Origin: a virus
Lineage: Duplodnaviria; Caudoviricetes
Length of the DNA: 64,000 bases
Direction: 5' to 3' (one strand)
IMG/VR virus record: IMGVR_UViG_3300030385_001875
Location: 905 to 64,904 of that record
This document shows positions 59,504 through 64,000 of this stretch, piece by piece (positions within the stretch are counted from its first letter, which is position 1; each line of letters opens with the position of its first letter). A program made the translations under genes and the position numbers. Below the pieces are notes generated by a model, which was given only the letters and a program-made list of their open reading frames with translations, was not told the origin of the DNA and did not search any database.

Positions 59504-60177
59504 TTTTTCGCTCCCCTCTTCTTCTTCGCAGGTGGATCTATTTCTTCAAACACTACTACGTCGAACTTCCCTTTCTCAAAGCTTCGTTGGGAGCCCAGCC
59601 CAACTTCCTGTCCCAACTCAAGGATTTCTTGCAGGTGCTCGGGGTTAATGTCTTTAGTGCCTTCCATCCTCACACTGAGACACCAGATTTGAAACTCAAG
59701 GGTTGGCTTGATAAGATACTCCGCACTCTTGAGGATTGACCGCATCCCTTGCATGGTCTGAACGTGACCAGCAAAGTCCTCGATACCGTCTTCCTTGGGT
59801 CGGAACGGTTGAAATATAATCTTCTCTTCCGTGAACTCCTCCCCAATCCGTCCCTTCACCGCTGTCCCTTCACGAAGCGTCTGCTTACTTCCCCTGAGAA
59901 GTACAGTTAGCTTCAGTAGGGAAATGCACTGCTTCATCATCGCCTTGACAGCGTAGTCTCCAATATATAAAGCGTCTCTTTCAGTGCATCGCTTGAAGCC
60001 TGTTCGTACCTTCTCCTCCTCCTCTTCCAGATCCAAATCAGTTTCCACAATGGAGGTATCCTCTGACCCGAATTTCGCTTCCACGTAATTCTTGACGAGC
60101 TCTTTCGATTTCGGGAGCCCACCGTAGATACGGTTGCGGAATTCCAGCTTCACATTAAACTTCCTGAATATACTCAT
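59500..60177 (-). CDS. Stand-alone Cas7/Csm3-like RAMP-fold protein
   Basis: beta1 FNVKLEFRNRIYGGLP; LYIGDYAVKAMMK (cf. Csm3 PYIPGSSLKG); SAEYLIKPTLEFQI; C-terminal Gly-loop GLGSQRSFEKGKFDV; 225 aa; AAAGGAG RBS. Confidence 0.75.
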   Translation of the reverse strand: MSIFRKFNVKLEFRNRIYGGLPKSKELVKNYVEAKFGSEDTSIVETDLDLEEEEEKVRTGFKRCTERDALYIGDYAVKAMMKQCISLLKLTVLLRGSKQTLREGTAVKGRIGEEFTEEKIIFQPFRPKEDGIEDFAGHVQTMQGMRSILKSAEYLIKPTLEFQIWCLSVRMEGTKDINPEHLQEILELGQEVGLGSQRSFEKGKFDVVVFEEIDPPAKKKRGAKK

Positions 60178-60189
60178 TTGCTTCTCCTT

Positions 60190-60453
60190 TTATTGGTACA
60201 TCATGTCATCAAATTCTCTCGCACAGTTCACGAGATATTGTTTTGTGCGGGCAATCCGCACATTCAGACTTTCTTTTCGCCACGTTTGATGCTGGAGGTA
60301 CTTGAAAACCTTCTTCATCCATCCGTAATCTGGTAGAGACACAACTAGTCTCTTCAAGCTACCAGCGTCATTATACTCGAATACTATTGAATGCTCTCCC
60401 CCAGAGTGGCATGGTTCAAATACTATCGTGCCACGCTCGTCTGAGAATCTCAT
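60190..60453 (-). CDS. Hypothetical protein
   Basis: GGAGG RBS; ATGA coupling. Confidence 0.55.
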   Translation of the reverse strand: MRFSDERGTIVFEPCHSGGEHSIVFEYNDAGSLKRLVVSLPDYGWMKKVFKYLQHQTWRKESLNVRIARTKQYLVNCAREFDDMMYQ

Positions 60454-60647
60454 TCCTCCTCCTCCTCGTGGTTATCCTCCCAATCACACCAAGCAGTATA
60501 ATCCCTCATCTCTGCCTTGGTCATTTTGTCGAGAAGTAGATTAAGATGCTTCTTCATCCCCTCAAGTTCCGATTGCAGTAAATCAATTTGTCGCACCTTC
60601 TTCGATACCTTCAACAGCAATCGTTTGGTCATTAAATCTTTCAACAT
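60450..60647 (-). CDS. Hypothetical coiled-coil protein
   Basis: AAGGAGG RBS. Confidence 0.6.
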   Translation of the reverse strand: MLKDLMTKRLLLKVSKKVRQIDLLQSELEGMKKHLNLLLDKMTKAEMRDYTAWCDWEDNHEEEEE

Positions 60648-60670
60648 GGTTCCTCCTTCTACTAATGGGC

Positions 60671-60704
60671 AAAAAAAAAGCCCCTCCGAAGCGGAGAGGC
60701 TTTT
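60671..60704 (-). terminator. Rho-independent terminator
   Basis: AGCCCCTCCG/CGGAGAGGCT + U9. Confidence 0.75.
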
Positions 60705-60707
60705 ACC

Positions 60708-60989
60708 CTATATCAGGATAGTATTGTCACCCTTGACGGTAACCTTCTTAGCCTTGGGATCTACCTGACTGAATAGCAGTCCCATGCCGATAAATTCTTT
60801 CCTCTCTCGAGTGCTTTCAAAGCTATCGAAGTAGGTAACCGTTGAGGTATCTCCACCAAAGAGATCTGGAGTCCAATCCCCTGACCCAACACCTTTTTGA
60901 GGGTGTTGGCTGGGGTCTCCCTTGAAACACTCGAACTCCCACTTATCATTCTCAATGGTAGTCTTAAGCATGAACTTATTCATGTCCAT
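60708..60989 (-). CDS. Hypothetical protein
   Basis: AAAGGAGGTG RBS before MDMNK. Confidence 0.55.
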   Translation of the reverse strand: MDMNKFMLKTTIENDKWEFECFKGDPSQHPQKGVGSGDWTPDLFGGDTSTVTYFDSFESTRERKEFIGMGLLFSQVDPKAKKVTVKGDNTILI

Positions 60990-61003
60990 AATCTCACCTC
61001 CTT

Positions 61004-61570
61004 TCATATCATTTTCTTGTATCCTCGTTCTTCATAATCCTCCACCTCTGACTCCAGCACCAACTGTCGGCAAGGATGTGGTGCTGGGAGCAACACAGAT
61101 GTATGTTTGATATCTTCTTCCCCGTCAAAATCTTCTATGAATGCCACTTGATTCCTCGTTGTCGAGTTTATAAACTGGGTCTCCTTTCCTTCCTTGTCCC
61201 GCCTTCGTTTACTCGTGCTGATCATAGGCACGATTTCGATAGGCTCATCCACTGGGTTCCGCTTGAGTCGGTTCCTATCTGACGGTGATAATGCGTCAAA
61301 GTTCCTGATGAACTCCCGTACACCTTCTGAGTGACCGTAATCCACCCGCCTTGTGTCATCCTCGTAAGCGTCGTTCGTGTTGATCCGTTCCACTTGGGTG
61401 AAATGTACCCGCACATCCAACCAGCCAGTATACTCGTTGCCATCCCCCAACAAGAGAGCTTCTTTTTCGCTGTCTTTAAGACTGTCTTTCAATAGAAGTG
61501 CAATCGGACAGGATTTGCTGTTGTTGGTTTTCCCTTTGTCGAGATGAGTCCCTTCCATTTTGAGTCTCAT
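61004..61570 (-). CDS. Hypothetical protein
   Basis: AAAGGAG RBS; G..NNSKSCPIALLLK motif. Confidence 0.6.
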   Translation of the reverse strand: MRLKMEGTHLDKGKTNNSKSCPIALLLKDSLKDSEKEALLLGDGNEYTGWLDVRVHFTQVERINTNDAYEDDTRRVDYGHSEGVREFIRNFDALSPSDRNRLKRNPVDEPIEIVPMISTSKRRRDKEGKETQFINSTTRNQVAFIEDFDGEEDIKHTSVLLPAPHPCRQLVLESEVEDYEERGYKKMI

Positions 61571-61737
61571 TCGTTTTCTCCTTTGTGTTTACCCAAAACA
61601 TATTCCAAAGCTTCTATCCAACCATTCAGTATTCCTTCTTCAATAGTCGCAGGATAGTCTCCTTCGTCGAATTTCCATTTCTCTCTATCCTCATAAAGCT
61701 CTTGAAGATGTTCTGTTATCTGCTCCTTACTCTTCAT
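61567..61737 (-). CDS. 56-aa hypothetical protein (not in the ORF track)
   Basis: MKSKEQI...GWIEALEYVLG; AAAGGAG RBS; ATGA overlap with the next gene. Confidence 0.6.
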   Translation of the reverse strand: MKSKEQITEHLQELYEDREKWKFDEGDYPATIEEGILNGWIEALEYVLGKHKGENE

Positions 61738-61821
61738 GTTGTTTTTCTCCTTTTGATTGATTTAACTGATCCTCTACCCTTAGGGTATGTCAAACTATTG
61801 CTTAAATCGAATCCTCATACC

Positions 61822-61867
61822 AAAAAAAAGGGCTCAGACCCCAGTTCACCTGAGATTTGAGCCCTTT
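61822..61867 (-). terminator. Rho-independent terminator
   Basis: AAAGGGCTCA/TGAGCCCTTT + U8. Confidence 0.7.
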
Positions 61868-61948
61868 GACTATTTTACGCCATGACCAAGATTGCGATTG
61901 CTATCCACACGGTCATGGTTACGAAGAAGCCAACGGTTTCTAGGATGG

Positions 61949-62959
61949 TCATTCTCGGTCATCCTTTACGGAGTTATAGTTATCAACATCCTCTTGTGTT
62001 ATTAATCCTATTTCTCCTTTTTGTTTTCTCTCTACCAGTTCCTCAAGATACACCGTCATCCTTCGGAGTTCGTACATGGCTTCTGTACCCATGATCCCCA
62101 AGTGATCGAGTGCTTTGACAAACTGTACCAGAGGTTCATCCTTATCCTTATCCTCTTCCTCTGGAACCTCTACCTCTTTTAAAGGTAGCTGGAGAGGTGC
62201 TTGTCTATTGAGCGCACACATTTTGAATGCCTCATTGATCTCGTTACGGATGGCTGACTCTATCCTCTCCAGTTTCTCATCTGTCTCCCTTCTCGCTTCG
62301 TTGACGTATTCCTTCACCTCGCTCTCAGTCGGGAGTACTCTCACTCGCTCATTGATTTCCCAGAGGATGCTTTGTAACTCCCTTGTATGGGCTGTAATCT
62401 CTGAAGAAACTTTCTCTCTTAGAGATCCTTCGAGCTCATCCAGTCTCTTGAAGATGTCCACTCCCAATCGGTCTACGTTGACGTTGGAGGTATCAATCTC
62501 GATATGCTGGGCTATGTCTTCAGCGTCAATAGCGAGATGCCTTGCTACGTCTTCAGCGTCGATGTTGATAGATATATCACTGGTATCAATCTCCAGATCA
62601 TTTGCGAGATGGTCGGCAATCTCTGAAGCGTCAATGTTGCTGGCAATATTCTCGCTCGATATCTCTTCAGATTCAAACGTGGCTCCGATCAGATCCCTGA
62701 GACCATTGATCGTGCCAACCAAATCCGTGGTCGCTTCCGCTTGTCCTTGCCCAGTGCTGGCTTCGAGAGCTAACTTTTTCATATCCACTCTCATGTCAGC
62801 AGAGAATGAACCTTGAAGGAAGTTTTTCATTATGTCGCTTTGACCGTGTAGCATATCTGAGATGCCAGAATATTCCACTCCACCGTTGATAACGGAGGTG
62901 TTCTCTTTAAGGGCTTCTACTATGCTTGTAATTCCTGATTCTATCTTGCTGTAATCCAT
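61949..62959 (-). CDS. Acidic coiled-coil protein with IDAxDIA repeats
   Basis: AAAGGAG RBS; internal short repeats. Confidence 0.65.
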   Translation of the reverse strand: MDYSKIESGITSIVEALKENTSVINGGVEYSGISDMLHGQSDIMKNFLQGSFSADMRVDMKKLALEASTGQGQAEATTDLVGTINGLRDLIGATFESEEISSENIASNIDASEIADHLANDLEIDTSDISINIDAEDVARHLAIDAEDIAQHIEIDTSNVNVDRLGVDIFKRLDELEGSLREKVSSEITAHTRELQSILWEINERVRVLPTESEVKEYVNEARRETDEKLERIESAIRNEINEAFKMCALNRQAPLQLPLKEVEVPEEEDKDKDEPLVQFVKALDHLGIMGTEAMYELRRMTVYLEELVERKQKGEIGLITQEDVDNYNSVKDDRE

Positions 62960-63028
62960 TTGTTTCTCCTTTGGTACTTACTACGGTACATTTCAGCACC
63001 GCTGAGTGCAGTGCCTTCACTTATAGGC

Positions 63029-63060
63029 AAAAAAAAAGCGAGGGAGTTTAAGCCCTCGCT
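63029..63060 (-). terminator. Rho-independent terminator
   Basis: AGCGAGGG/CCCTCGCT + U9. Confidence 0.75.
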
Positions 63061-63067
63061 ATTGGTG

Positions 63068-63220
63068 TTACTCGATGATGTTATTCTTGATGGTCTCTAG
63101 TTGTTCAGTATCCGTTACTTCGATACTGAACTCGTCCATTTCCATCAGATCTTGGTCTGAGTCCATGAGTTCCATTAGTTCCTCCAGATCGAGATCTGGG
63201 AACAGTAGGATGTCTATCAT
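63068..63220 (-). CDS. 50-aa highly acidic protein (not in the ORF track)
   Basis: MIDILLFPDLDLEELMELMDSDQDLMEMDEFSIEVTDTEQLETIKNNIIE; ATGA overlap; AAGGAG RBS. Confidence 0.6.
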   Translation of the reverse strand: MIDILLFPDLDLEELMELMDSDQDLMEMDEFSIEVTDTEQLETIKNNIIE

Positions 63221-63402
63221 CTCTTCTTCTCCTTTATTGGTGCTACTGATTTAATCGATGGACTTAACAGTCCAGCCCTAAGCCATGCATTGTCGTGGGC
63301 AAAGTTTAGTCGTGCTAACTTCTTAGTGGGAGCCAGCACATACTCTCTGTCTCCCGCTATTGAGGTTACCTGCCACTTCCTTACTGCTGGTATTCTACTC
63401 AT
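63217..63402 (-). CDS. Hypothetical basic protein
   Basis: GGAG RBS; 61 aa. Confidence 0.55.
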   Translation of the reverse strand: MSRIPAVRKWQVTSIAGDREYVLAPTKKLARLNFAHDNAWLRAGLLSPSIKSVAPIKEKKR

Positions 63403-63489
63403 ATCATCTCCATCTCATCTTTGACATCTCTTCGCTTCTCCCTTGCATCTCTTGCATCTGCATCTAGTTTTATGCTTCTACTAATAGGC

Positions 63490-63520
63490 AAAAAAAAAGC
63501 GGAGGTTTTACCCCCCGCTT
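63490..63520 (-). terminator. Rho-independent terminator
   Basis: AAGCGG/CCGCTT stem + U9. Confidence 0.7.
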
Positions 63521-63522
63521 GG

Positions 63523-63999
63523 TTATGCTGATAGTCGTAGCAATTTGCTTTTGTTGCTACCGTGGCTCAATACTGCTATGTTCTTCGCTTTTATGCTGTT
63601 ACCAGCGCATAAACCGCAGTCTTTGCACTGTATCAGTGGGTTCTTGATATGTGGACAGAGAATTTCATCCGCTTCAAGGTTGGCTTCATCCTCTATCGTT
63701 CGATAGGTTCGGAAGCCAAGCTCGTTGGCTTGCTCTTTTTCTTCGACCGTATGAACTGATGCCATGCAGTCTCTAGCAAGCTTTTTCCCGTTTTCCTTCA
63801 TCCAATGATGAGTATAACCAACGTGGTTCTTTGTCGGATATTCTTCACGGAATTGCAACGTTGATTCCAGCGTTGCATATGGATCGCCCCAACCACCTAA
63901 GCGGACACCTTTATAGGCTAATTCTGCCCGTACCATTCCCTGCTCTTCTTCGCTTAGATCATGGTAGTGCACTGCTTTCTGATACTTCGCTAGAAATGC
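63523..63999 (-). CDS. Cys-rich phage protein (Gp88-like), 5'-truncated by the window
   Basis: Frame open to the window end; VRLGGWGDP, GYTHHW, CMASV, ILCP..CKDCGLC..IAVLSHG. Confidence 0.6.
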   Translation of the reverse strand, partial: AFLAKYQKAVHYHDLSEEEQGMVRAELAYKGVRLGGWGDPYATLESTLQFREEYPTKNHVGYTHHWMKENGKKLARDCMASVHTVEEKEQANELGFRTYRTIEDEANLEADEILCPHIKNPLIQCKDCGLCAGNSIKAKNIAVLSHGSNKSKLLRLSA

Positions 64000-64000
64000 A

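Noticed and set aside
63403-63470. AGATG-rich short repeats
   Set aside because: Irregular, low complexity, and without the array grammar.

Overview
64 kb of an uncharacterised tailed dsDNA phage (Caudoviricetes), probably podovirus-like: it has a P22-type portal, adaptor and hub plus ejection-type proteins, and I found no tape-measure or tail-tube gene. Both ends cut through genes. The + strand (1-54.3 kb) carries replication genes (primase-helicase, SSB, RusA), a GH108 endolysin, terminase/portal/scaffold/capsid, repeat-rich fibre proteins, a flavin halogenase-like gene, two glycan-modification clusters, an SLT ejection protein and a 4258-aa Strawberry-notch helicase/zincin polyvalent protein. 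The - strand (55-64 kb) is an early/accessory arm of small genes separated by terminators. The standout is a stand-alone Cas7/RAMP-fold gene (59500-60177, no other cas genes recognised in the window) near two non-coding arrays (54.42-54.97 kb and 57.84-58.24 kb). The arrays are not CRISPR. They are runs of 5-nt GT-NNN units punctuated by a GTCGCATTGT motif (25 copies in total), with motif spacing mostly 8+5n nt. This looks like a phage-encoded RNA-guided system with a gapped, non-contiguous guide code. All calls come from reading motifs by eye; no database search was run.
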